A stretch of 57,752 bases of DNA, counting the filler, from Basidioascus undulatus (taxonomy: Eukaryota), in NCBI GenBank assembly GCA_000826855.1. It is 5 parts of 5 records of this genome, joined end to end, with 100 filler letters (N's around TTAATTAATTAA, not from the genome) between each part and the next. Parts side by side here need not be neighbours in the genome. Positions count along the whole stretch, not along the records: positions 34,738 to 46,197 come from JTLS01001004.1; positions 46,298 to 57,752 come from JTLS01001005.1; 3 more parts are not named here. One strand, given 5' to 3'. Numbering within the stretch: position 1 is the first letter of the stretch; each line of letters starts with the position of its first letter. The notes beneath the pieces are model-generated. The model saw only the letters and a program-made list of their open reading frames with translations, did no database searches and was not told the DNA's origin. A program made the translations under genes and the position numbers. Of this stretch, positions 38,690 to 50,350 are shown piece after piece.

Positions 38690-41600
38690 GTTTTGCGTGG
38701 ACGATGAGTGGGCGGGCTGCGGTGGGAGATGCAGGGAGAACAGGTTCAAAGGACCAGACTGCTTTGTAGCCATTTACGTGCTGCCTAACGGCAGGGCAGA
38801 AGGGATGCTCCAGTACCCGGTCTCTTGATCTTGGGCGACAACTTTTGGGGCTGTGGCGGCTAGTTCCGTATCAGTCGTCTGTTAAATTCCAATTGCGTGC
38901 TACCTTGCCGTACTCACGGCTTTTGCGCAAACGAGGCTCTTTCGGTCTCTCTCCACATATTAACTTATTTCACCAGCAAGGGGACAAGGAGGGCTGACTG
39001 CGTGTGACTATCCCTCGCTTGGGTCCTTTGCCTGTGCTGCTCAGGCGTGTGCGCTCGCAAAGAGACACGAAAGTTCACATTGGCTGCTGAACCGTTCCAC
39101 CGGCCATCTCCAACAGTGTGAAGCGCCCAAAACTGAAAGTATTACTGGAGTTCTAGATGCAGCGATAGGTGCATCAATGTTGAAATACGCCACCATGCGG
39201 TCACTTCCTGACGTTTCGCGACTCTAATCCGCTGCATGGTTTGCATGGTCCCCGGCAGCATTAAGGAACATACCTCCGAAGCGATCGGCTCCGGCGTGGG
39301 CTAACGGTATATTGAGAAAGACAATACAAGAGTAGTTTGAGAGGTCTGCTGGGCTGGACTCCTTCGAGCGACTCCGACGAAGAAATTGGGGCTGACATCT
39401 TCGAGAAACCGACAGAGGATATTACGGTTGTTTGTACCATCGAATTCAAGTCGGTCCCAACTTACCCCAAATCGTCCAGTCATGACTCAGCACATGCATA
39501 AAACGGGTATATGTGCGTGACTGGCAGCGGTACGCGTTCCTACTCTGCTTTGCAGCAGCAAAGCCGCCGCACTGCATTTAAGATGGCGTTCTCTGGGACG
39601 CTCTCCAGAATACCCACTCTCTTCTGCAACCACCTCACATCTCGAAACATGGTAGATTGGGACTCTCCGGAGGCTCATGCGTGACGCCGAAGTCATGAAG
39701 GATCTCATCTACGCCTTGTTTGGTCTTCTCATATGGGAATGTACGCACTTTCGCGATGTGGACCTTAACAAGGGGGAGACGAGCAAGTGCTGAGTCAAGC
39801 TGGAAACAAGAAGTGGTTACGGCAGATTTCAAATGATCACTCTACATCACAACCTAAAAAAATATCACAAGCCTTTAATCGGCATGGTCCTCTACATTGT
39901 TTGTCGCTATATGATCTTGGTCACAACGGTACTTACCACCACCATATAAATTTCTAATATAGTCTTCCCGAAAGAGTCCTGATCAAACCATTTTTCACAG
40001 ACAAAACGTTTCTACTCCGGTCAACCGTAATGCCCTTGTCAAGCTCAACTGGGTAACTTATCCCAGTTCAAGAGTCCGCCTGTTCTGAGATCGTGGCCGG
40101 CATCTCCGCTATCTCTGCCTCTGGTTCACTGGCTCTCAGGTACGGTTTGAAGGCGCTACCGTCGGTCCAGAAGCACACAAAGGTTTGATTTCCTCGTGAT
40201 ACAGATGCATTGCCGTCTGGAATCATAAACTCTGGTGCAAGTCTTCCTCACAACCGTGCTGCTCGTCTGTAAGCCACGTCTGTTGGGTTCTGTTGGGTGT
40301 CCGCTGCGGCTACAATTCTGACACGTTTGACCTTGCACAGTGCTCGCACTGTGGTCCACGTGCACGCCTCCAGTTATATCACCTCTTCCAGAAGGACTAA
40401 TATCCTTGCTGTTTACAGCCTGCACTAAACTGTAGGTGTTAGCGTCTGAGGTCCCTCGATGTCCAACATGTCTGACGCTTCCCTGCCTTTCACAGGAACT
40501 CGAGCTGTAATCCGGCTGGGGCCTGCCTGAATGACACGTAAACCTCATCGGTGCGTTTATTACTCTCGGAAGTTTATCAAAACCTCACTCGAGCCATCCA
40601 CAGGTTATGAGCGTGCTTTACTTCTATCTGGTCCGTTCGTGCTTCACTGAGAATTTCAATCGCATCGCTGACCGAGTCAAAAGGATTCTCTGAAGGTCGG
40701 ATGCGACTTCACGATTGTACGTCCTGTGCAGGTTTGGTAGGAGTTTTCGGGCTGAAATTTTGCCTGACGTGGCGCAGATGCTCCTTACCATTGCACGCCT
40801 GCAACGGAACTACCAGAAGGACCTCGTGTACAGCGATGCAATCAAACTTCTACAGAGAGATGGCGTAAGTTGAAGAACGAATCCCCATCGTGGCCTTTTT
40901 TTCGGTTCGTAAACCTCGGCAAAAGTACTGACGCCGCAGAACGAAGATTGCCTATCTTGCAGTCGTCTGCGTTATATGCAACCTCGTATGTCGCCCTCCT
41001 CGAGCAGCATCATGGTCTTGCTAACTTTCAATACCTGCAGCAAGCGGTATAATACGTCCAATGTCGACTCTAGCAAGTAGCTGAGCAAAACTTCCCAGGT
41101 TTTCATTACGCTTCATTCAACACTGTCTTGCAGTTCATCATGAGTGTATGGGCTCTTTGAGCATCCATACCGTCCACTCGCTGACTTTCAAGGGCTTTGT
41201 TCCTCAAGGGACCGACGGCGGTCTTCACTGCTATAGCGGTAATGTGTCTTTTCTTGCGTCTCAGAACGCACGTCGACGCCCAAGGCAGCAGCAGGTGCGC
41301 TTCGCAGAGTCCCCTGCGCGGCTCCCCATTCTATCGAAGGCGCGATTCCGAGTCTGACCTTGAATTTAACTCCCCTCTTGCATCGGTCACATCATGTTCG
41401 CATCTGAAGACTCCGGCGCAGCTATGCCCAGGTTGGAATTACATGCTCTTCCGCACGAACCGCAGGACGTGCACAGCCCACGCGATTGCCACGGGGCACA
41501 TTTGCTGACACCTGTTGAGCTCACAATAGTCCGGATACCGACGAAGGTGCCGTTTCCGTCGCGAGCCTCGACCACGTCCTGCGCAGCGTGAAGGGCGACA

Positions 41601-41979
41601 CCCTGCCAACGTAGTTCGGCCTCTGGTTCGGCCTCGCCGCGCATCGCAAGATCATGGGCCGGATCGGGGCGCTCTAGTTAGCCTTAAATGCATTCTTTAA
41701 CTCCTTGTTTTTCGAAGGCTGAGCAGCAACTTCTATTTTTCCAGCGATGTCAACAAGGCGCTGGACTACGCGCATCCGTCCACTGGCACGGAGGAGGGCG
41801 ACACGCACGAGGTGGGGGAGGGGTTGCGGTGCGCCTCCCTTTCTTTCCCTTGTCCCATTTCCTTTAGTCTCCTACGAAGTCGACCTTCCCCAATTTCCAG
41901 CGCGGGCTTCAAAAGTCTAGTAAAATTCTCCGGCCAGGTAAGCCGTTCCTTCTCGTTCCCAACGCAGTCAATGCAGACG

Positions 41980-43180
41980 GCTGACGATCCCCGCCCCACC
42001 CAGTTGTCCGAGGCATCGTGCCTCATCCTCTGCGAGCTCCTGCACGGCACGACGCTGATGCACCTTAAGTTCTTGTTCGCCTTGGCGAAGCACGCTCTTT
42101 CGGGTTGAAGGAGCTAGATCCCGTCACGTTCATTTGCTCCTTTGGATTAGGAATATTACTTCTTCGCTGCGTGTTTTGTTTCTGCGAAGAGCGTTTGGAG
42201 GTAAGCTTCGGTCAGGCCGAACGTGAGCAGGAGCGGCGGCGGGTGCTGGGTCAGTGGCATGGAAGCGCTCCAGTCCTCCTTCTGGTAGGCGGCTCCGCTG
42301 TAGGCTGCACCTTTGCAGCCCTGGCAGATGAGGTGAGATGGCGCGTCATATACCTCACACCAAACACCGTCCACGTCGTGCACGCCTTCGACCAATTCGG
42401 AAATGTGATCCAGGGCGCGGGTCGCTTCCGGCGCTGTCCTTGATCGAGTTGGATCCAGGACTGGGCCTGGCCACCGTACGGAAGGGTGGGGTGATATAGC
42501 AGAGAGGGGACCTCGGTGTCTGTACGAATGCGGAAGCTTAGGCCGGTGAATATTGGCATCGAATAGCCTGATCGCCTCGGTTTTGCCAGAGGTCAAGACC
42601 TTTACGGAGCCGGACGTCTTTTCCACGAGCAAAGCGCTGCAGGCGGGACTACGAGGAGGCCGCCTTCGGCATCGGGGGGAGAAGAGGGGAGCTTTGAATT
42701 TTCCTGCTCCACCGACTCTCCGTGAACGTCGTGAGTGCCGCGCAGCCACTGCACCAACAACGATGCATTCTGTCGATGAATTATGCCGCGGCGGCTGTCG
42801 GGCCAGGCGTCCGGCTCCTCGCCGTGCTTCCGCGGATTAATAACTTCAGCGTATACTTCGTGCCTCGTCGGTGGATGAGCCAAGCCGATGAACGTGCGGA
42901 TCTCCTCGGGCGGAAGAGATGCGAGGCCGTGACGCATGACGACGGTGCGCTGACTGCCCGCACAGTGCAGTATGACGAGGAGTTCGCATTCGTGAGGAAA
43001 GTCAATGGATACTCCGGTATATGGCGTGCTGGCATCGAGGAGTGCGGAGAAGAAGCGTGCCAGAGCGAAATGGTTCGAGACCGGGAGGCTCAGGATCCTC
43101 TGGTCTCCGAGCGGGTCATTCTCGATGCGCAGTCCAGGATCGGACATATCCAAGGACTCGAGCTGGATGTCAATGGGCAT
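41980..43180 (-). pseudogene. Degenerate MYND zinc-finger gene
   Basis: CEVYDAPSHLICQGCKGAAYSGAAYQKEDW aligns to MYND CxxC..CxxC...YCxxxCQxxDW with three Cys replaced; frameshift near 42640; in-frame stops downstream. Confidence 0.65.
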
Positions 43181-44348
43181 GATGAAGTCGATCGAATGCT
43201 TGAGTCAAATCGTGAATAGAGTTTGGGGAGTAGAGCACGAATGTCGGTGAGTGGCAAAGATGGCCCGATGTGCGCTGCCTTCTTTGCAGGCAGGTGGACC
43301 CTAACCTCGTTCCTCCGGGTACACGTAGCTCTTGAGAAAATTTGTCGATAATGGAATATATTTGAGACCTTCGTACCGCGGATGCTGTAGTTGACCCCTC
43401 TTGCGAGCCCCACTTTGAACAGGCGGGGGGTTATCCTGAGTGAAGGCTGTGAGAAATAGCAGGTTTTCAGGATCTTATACCCATAAACCAAGAAATGAAG
43501 AGATAAACGAAGCGCTGTTGATGAAGAACCCAACGGGTGATAGCGCCTTGGGCTCCATGCAGCGTTGGCGAATCTACAGTAGTTCGAGGGTAGCTTTTGC
43601 TTGTTTCTAATGTTTGAAACCAGCGTAGCAGCTTATGAACTTTCTGCTAAGCTGCTTTGCAGAGCATTGCGATTCTGAATGGGAGAACTTAACGAGGGGC
43701 AAAGGCACAGCTGTCTTGCAGTATGCCTTGCACATTGAAACTTCTGCTGAACGGCGACTGACCGCTCCGAGAGATATCAGTCCACACAAATGTCTGATTC
43801 GACGAAAACAACACTCAGGAGCTCCATTAGGTCTCGCAACCGCCGAAACCTCTTCGTAAATTTGACATTCCCTACTGTGCGTCGTAGCTCCGCTCCTTCC
43901 GAACGGCTTTCAACTTCCACACTGTCAACTTATCGGTGTAAAAGCCGTCCCGTAAAACCCAATACGGTCTAGGACCAAGTGGATTCTCTTGATACCTCCC
44001 ATCGGGCCTAAAAGCAAGCTTCCAGCCTGGCCAAGCGCCGAACGCATCGTGTCTGCGCCGAGCTGAGGACTTGGCTGGCTCGCTCATCCCGGGAAGCATG
44101 CCAGCTTCCACCTTGAACCCCCTGTCTTTTCTTTCTCTCAAAGCAGGCCGCAGAGCCACGAAATGTCAAGATGTACGCGAACACGGAGCTCTACGGGCAT
44201 GCGCGAGGCTGTCTTTACCTTCCCCAGGTGGCAGCCACGCACAGAAGACGCCAAGCATCCCCTGCGGCCCCATCACCGCGCACGCCAAAGCAATGCAAAC
44301 CGAAATCGTAAACAGGGTATACTCCCTCCCCCCCTCACCCTCGCCCCA

Positions 44349-45654
44349 TCAACCCCTCCCCGTCATCCTCCCAATCTCCCCCCTCACTTCCTCCAAGTTC
44401 TCCTTCAGCACCTTAACATCATCCAGCCTCCTCCCCCGTCGCGCCTCCTCCACCCAGTCCTCCAGCTGACGCTCCTGCTCCAGCAGGGGCTGGAGCGCCC
44501 GTGCGGCCTCGGCATCCGCACTGGTGAAGCTCTCGCTGTCCCCCGCCCCAGTTGCAGCGGGGGATGCAGCGCGGGAGGAGGAAGGAGGAGGAAGGCGCGG
44601 GAGGGATTGGAGAGGGAACATGTGTTCCTGCAGGAAGTGGGTTGCGCGGAGGAAGATGGCGGACTGGATCCGGGCGGAGGAGGAGGTGGGCGAGGGGGAC
44701 GGGAGGGACCGGATGCGACGCGCGAGAGTGTCGTAGTTCTGCAGGTTTGCGAGGAGCTGTCTCCGCGCGGAGGAGGCCGCGCGGTGGGAGGCGGGGTCGG
44801 GGGCGGATTTACTGTGTAGGTCGAAAGAGAGTGGCGTCGAAGGCGAGGGTAGATATGGAGGGAAGGGGGAGACGGAGACGGAGGAGCGAGGTCAGGCAGA
44901 AGATCGAGGGCGCGGCGGGACGTAGCGAGCGAGGGGAAGCGGGAACATGAGAAGAGAAAATGGGCGGAAACGCAAAATGCGGCGGGGCGGTGAGTGCGTG
45001 TAGGAACAGAAGACGAAAGAGCGGTAGAGCAAGGAGAAAGATGAGGAACCATAAGCAACCGCGGACAAGACCATCGTTAAGGGCAACGGGAACGGGAACG
45101 CACGACAGCGAGAGCATGAGCTCATGAAACGCCGGCAAGCTATCCTCGATCGTCTGCTGCAGTCCAAGGAGTTGCTGTCCGCCCGAGCCACCATAATCAG
45201 TGGGATGAACGGGGAGAATAAGAAACGACTCGGAAGAAGGGAACGCACCCGATGAAGCCTCAGCCAATCCGGTGTCCTCCCCTCATCCTCCAAAAACTGG
45301 TTCCTCCTACCCCCCACCATCCCACTCCCCAATCAGCCTCCCACACCCCTTCCCCCGCCTTCCCATCTACTCACAAGACCCCCTCCCAAACGTCCCTCGC
45401 CACCCTGACGCCCCTCTTGCCCCGCTCCTCCTCCTCCCGTGTCAACTCGCGCACTTTGCCCGTGGCGCGATCATACGTAAACAGCACGCTTGCGCGGCGG
45501 CTCGACCCGTCCGGGAGCGGCGCGGCCGAGATGAGCCGCCCGGAGAGACGGCAGTGGTGCTTTCGGTAGCGCAGGGGGTGGAAGGTCACCCCGGAGAGAG
45601 GGCAGATGGTGGACGAGGAGTCGGGCTGCCAGGCTACTATGGCTTGCTCGGCGG
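44349..45654 (-). CDS. PEP7: Pep7/Vac1/rabenosyn-5 homolog (FYVE-like plus C-terminal Rab-binding domain); native 5' part missing
   Basis: AEQAIVAWQPD..RKHHCRLSG; LLGLQQTIEDSLPAFHELM; RRQLLANLQNYDTLARRIR..FLQEHMFPLQSLP; Rab-binding LQPLLEQERQLEDWVEEARRGRRLDDVKVLKENLEEVRGEI. Confidence 0.88.
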
Positions 45655-45791
45655 CTGGGGGGAGGGGGAGGGGACATCAGTGGGGAGAGGGGAAAGGGAT
45701 GCGGAAAGGCGGATGAACGAGAGGGGGTTTGTTTGGGGGAAGACGGGAATTAGTTGCGAGGGGAGGGAGGAGAAGAGGCTGAGACGCGCAC

Positions 45792-46070
45792 TGAAGGAGA
45801 GGAGGAGGACCTCGCCGCGCTCATCGATCGCGGCATCTTGCCACTTCCCCTCCAACCGCGTTGGGTGGCCTCCCTCGGGGGAGAGGACCCAGAGCTCCCC
45901 GGAGGAAGTGAGGACGCCGAGGATGTGGTCCGAGCCGAGGTAGCGGGTTATTTGGGTGGGGTCGACGGCGAGGGATGAGGGGAGGGCGAGGGGTGTTGGG
46001 GCGGGAAGGGGAGAGGCGGTGGAGGAGGGAGAGAGAGGGAGGCCGAGAAGGTGTGGGTGACCGGTAGTAT
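45792..46070 (-). CDS. Internal exon of an apparently different, beta-rich (possibly RCC1/BLIP-II-like) protein
   Basis: Bounded by a CTGAC..CAG acceptor and a GTGCGC donor; translates TTGHPHLLG..DPTQITRYLGSDHILGVLTSSGELWVL..WQDAAIDERGEVLLL. Family assignment is tentative. Confidence 0.45.
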
Positions 46071-46197
46071 CTGATTGAGGCAGGTGTCAGTGGGAGATCG
46101 CGAAAGGAGAAGGGAAGGGTGGAAACCGGTTGGACGCTGATTGTAGATCGGCATTGGTTCGGCGACAGCTACGCCGAGATGAAGTCGGAGGACAAGA

Positions 46198-46297
46198 NNN
46201 NNNNNNNNNNNNNNNNNNNNNNNNNNNNNNNNNNNNNNNNNTTAATTAATTAANNNNNNNNNNNNNNNNNNNNNNNNNNNNNNNNNNNNNNNNNNNN
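46198..46297. other. Artificial contig linker
   Basis: N44-TTAATTAATTAA-N44. Confidence 0.99.
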
Positions 46298-46729
46298 TGA
46301 AGGAGAAGATTGAAGTTGAATGAGGGGAAGGGGGAGGAGGGAGGAGGGGAGGAGAATAAAGTACGGGATGATGTCAAGGAAGACGCGGTTCTGTTCATTC
46401 AGAGACATGAGGTTCAGCGCGATGGGAGGGGAAGCCGACAGATGGGAATGGCAACCCACAGCGCCGCCGGACCAAGTGAGCTGCACGGGCTGGCACTGCG
46501 TGATCGAGGCTGTCCATCCCGTGTGGTAACGCGTGAGCTAACGCGGTACACGAGAAGAGCGGAAAAGAGAAGAGGGTGATCAGAGGAGATGGGGGGAGAT
46601 GGGAGGAGAGGAAGGGGATGGTGGGGGGAGGAAGAACGCACGCGGGGTGTTGACGGTCAGCTGCTGGGCCGCGACGAGCGAGGCGGCGCCGAAGACGAGG
46701 AGGACGAGGGACGAGTAGAGGGAGATCAT
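46298..46729 (-). CDS. Secreted basidiomycete Ser/Thr-rich (probably GPI-anchored) cell-surface protein, 5' part only
   Basis: Signal peptide MISLYSSLVLLVFGAASLVAA, then QQLTVNTP|ASITQCQPVQLTWSGG..FLDIIP, a common N-terminal motif of this family. Confidence 0.75.
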
Positions 46730-47431
46730 CGTGGATCTTCCTTTTCTACGAGGGCCAATCAAGTTGAGGAGATCGAGTTGTTCGGGCTCGATGCGAGGAG
46801 GTCGTTCGATTCGATACGAGCGAGCCGGTGTGTTGTGAACAGCGCAAGAACAGAAGACAAGGAGCAAGGAGCGTCGAGTATGAGTGCAGGGTCAGTATTT
46901 GATTGTTTTGCGAAGCCCCGGAGATGACCAGGCGAGCGCCATCTCCCCGCCGCCAAGCCCGCCCGCAATGTGCGAGGCGAGTGAAACCGTACGAATCGAG
47001 GATGTAAGATGGCGAGCACGGGCGGGCCTTCGAAGGGTAAGCGGTAAGCGGTGCGACAGGTTAGCCATCTGCGCGGTTTTTGGGAGACACATCAAATGCT
47101 GCGCTGGGAGAGCTGCGCCGCTGCAAGGTGTGATTCAGATCGAATATGGATTTGGGTGCGAAGGGTTAAGAGAGAAGACGTTTGAGAGGAGAGCGGTGGT
47201 GTGGTGAAGTCGGGTCCGACGAGGTTAGGGTTCGCACCGCGCTGCGAGGCTCGCCTCGCCTCGCCGTCCGCGCTGCCGTCATCGCGATTCCCAACGTTCA
47301 CCTCGACCCTCGCACTAGGCCTTCTTCCCTCTCCACACACCCCCCGCACAGCATATCATTCAGTACGCCTCTTCCCCACCCACAACTCTCTCTTTCCCGG
47401 GAGAAAGTGCTGAGAGTGTGACTCCCAGGCC

Positions 47432-48222
47432 ATGGAGTCCTCGTTCGCGATCACGGGCAAGGACTACACGCTGATCGTGTCTGACACGAGCGCGGCACAC
47501 TCGATCGTCCGTATGAAGGATGACGAGGACAAGATGCGTGTCCTCAGCCCGCACTTAGTCATGGCGTACAATGGCGAGCCGGGTGAGTCGGGGCTACCTG
47601 AACGGGTTGGGGTACGGGCGTGGATGGGGTTCTTGGACGAAACGGAGAGCTCCTGCATGGCTTCGGATAGGGTTGGGTTCGTATGCTGACCGGTCTGGAT
47701 GGTTTGGCAGGCGACACTGTCCAATTCGCAGAGTACGTCCAGCGCAATCTCCGGCTTTACGGTATCCGGTGCGTGTCTTCTCCCTCCCTCCCCGACCCAC
47801 ACTCTCTCTCTCATCCCACTCCCTTCCCTAGCAACAACGTCGAGCTCCGCCCCGCCGCGGCCGCCGCCTGGACGCGTCGTGAGCTCGCAGACTCCCTGCG
47901 CTCCCGGTCCCCCTACCAAGTGAACCTCCTCCTAGCGGGGTTCGACGTGCCCTCCTCTCGCCCGGCCCTCTACTGGATCGACTACCTCGGCACGCTCGCC
48001 AGCGTGCCTTACGCCGCGCATGGCTATGCGAGCTTCTTTGTGACGTCGACGCTGGACAGGTATCACACGCCCGGGGCGAGCCTCGAGGAGGGCCTGGAGC
48101 TTGCGCGGCGGTGCGCGGACGAGGTGGAGAAAAGGTTGATTGTTAGTGGGGGCGGGTGGAAGGTGCGGGTGGTGGATAGGGAGGGGGCGAGGGAGATCAA
48201 GCTGCGGGAGGGGCAGGCATGA
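47432..48222 (+). CDS. PRE1: 20S proteasome subunit beta-4, 3 exons
   Basis: MESSFAITGKDY..GEP|GDTVQFAEYVQRNLRLY..RSRSPYQVNLLLAGFD..LYWIDYLG..PYAAHGYASFF. Confidence 0.97.
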
Positions 48223-50025
48223 GGTCGCGAGAAGGCAGATGGTGGCACGCGGGGGTGGTTGATGAAGAACGAGAACTTGAACGCTGCGTGCGTGCGCTGG
48301 ATGGACGAGACAGCTTACCACCTTCGATCGATCGACCCACTCTCCCATCCCCATCGTCCATCTCGACGCACACAGCTTGCGCCGAATGGCGCGCAGTCGC
48401 TCGTCTCCGCGCCCGCTCACGCTTGTCTAACAACTCGGACCTCATCTTTCGAGGCACGCCCTTCGCTAACAACCCCGTGCTGCTCGCAATCTAATCTTTT
48501 CCTCATGCTGCGTTCCCACGCTCATACCCATCCGTCCGTATTTCCCCCACCCCCGTCGCGTCGCCTTTCACGCACGCACTCGCGGACCTTGATATCCACC
48601 GCCATCCCTCGGACACCGGCGCTCGCCCTTGATACTCACTCTCATGCGCCCGCGCGTCCTTTTCATCATCTTTTGCTCCGTCCCGTCCTTCGTGTTCAGG
48701 GTCCACTCACGACCCCGTCGCATGGCTTGCCCCTCCCCGCGGTGTGAACTCCGGACCTGTCTCCTTCTCTCGCTGATCCCTTCCGCTGTCGTATCGCACG
48801 CACCAGCTGCCAGCGGACGGTCTTCGCGCCCGCAGACCGTTTCACGCTGACCTCCTCGATCTCCCTGACTCTGACCCTCTCCGCTCGGAACAGTCCTCCT
48901 TGTCGCATCCCGCTTTGCGTTATTTGCCTCCTCATCCTTCTTCCCCTCACAGCTGCCCACTCAATCTCCCTGCACTCTCACTATATGGCATGACGAACGC
49001 TCCTGCGTCGGGCGCATGGTGCGTGTTTCGTACGCGTGCTCACATTATCTGCATCGTCACTCGGCTTCTGCTCCTCGTCTGCCGTCTGGCTTTCCCGCTC
49101 GGAGGCCAGTCTTCCGTACGCGTGCGCAGCACATCCACCTCCCTCGCGCGCTTTCACCTCTCGCACACGTGCCTGCCCACATCGTCGCGTAGCTTGTCCC
49201 TCATCTTGGCTCGGACCTGCCGACCTGCCTCCCTCTCTCACCGTCAGTCTTGTTGATTTGACCTCGCATGCGCGCGGCATCTGCCCTTTCCTCACGCTCA
49301 CCCGCTCGGAGCAGTCCTCCACCTCGTATCATCCTGCCATGAAGCTTCTGTGCGCCTGGCCTAACCTCGCAAATGTCCAGTCACCCGGCCCTCCCCCTCT
49401 AACAGCTTAGTCGTCTGAGGCTGTTCCTGCCTGGGGTGGGTTAGGTGCCCCGAGACCGGACACTTGGCTCTTCGACCAGCATTCGGCATTCGGTGGAATC
49501 CCCTTCGCCTGCGCGCGCGCCGTCGGGCCTGTATCGCCGCCCAGCCGCCGGCTCCTTACTCACGCACTTGAAAGCGAGCCGCGTTCTCCCTCCCGCAGTC
49601 TTTTGGTACGCCGTTGTGCATTCTCCTCCCTCGCGCTCATCCTCTCGGACCTGAAGCCTGACACCACCTGAACTGGCGTTGGCGTTCCTGCTCGCACGCG
49701 CGACAGCCTCAATGTTAGACTGACGACTGGGCCTCCCCACCTGGCGTAGAAACTTGAATGGCGCACAAACGAATGTGCGGCACGCGCAGCCGATAGTTTC
49801 ATGTCAATTGTGCTGCATCCCACACTGCCACAGCAGTTTCAGTCCCAAATTCTGCTTCACACCATGCAATCAAGTATAAATAGAGGCCCAGCAAAAGAAT
49901 GTATTGGTGATCCACCCGGTGACCCACAACCCTTGATCAGTCCACTCAGATTTGGACGAAAACGAGTGCCTGAAGCGGGATTCAGCTCTCAGATATCAGA
50001 AATCCACATCATAAAACGGGTAAAT

Positions 50026-50350
50026 ATGGATTGCCGCTTCGACCGTCTGCCGCTTGAAATAGTTCTGGAGTGCTGCCACATCGCCAGTGACGCGCAAGGT
50101 GTTTCCATCGGCAACCTGGATGCCACGAGTCAAGCCAAGCCAACGCTGTAATGCACGATGCACTCACAACATAGGTCGTTCGCTTTTCTGTAAATGGAAC
50201 ATTGCTCAAAATCGTTTGCGCGAGCAACTAAGGCATAGAACTAGTCATCTCCTCGATCAGGATTGATCCATTGCACAGTGATGCCCGACGTTTGAAGGTT
50301 GACATAGAAACTGGGTTAGGGAAATCAGCATCCGTCTTTATTCAAAGGTG
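50026..50350 (+). pseudogene. Heavily decayed F-box gene remnant
   Basis: MDCRFDRLPLEIVLECCHIA is an F-box-like start, followed by an early stop at 50149-50151 and broken frames. Confidence 0.45.

Noticed and set aside
47223..47232. GTTAGGGTT as a telomerase template or telomere seed
   Set aside because: A single 1.5-unit match in a promoter region, expected by chance.
49485..49505. ATTCGGTGGAA resembling RNase P RNA conserved region I
   Set aside because: The preceding GGGAA and a complementary region V to form helix P4 were not found.
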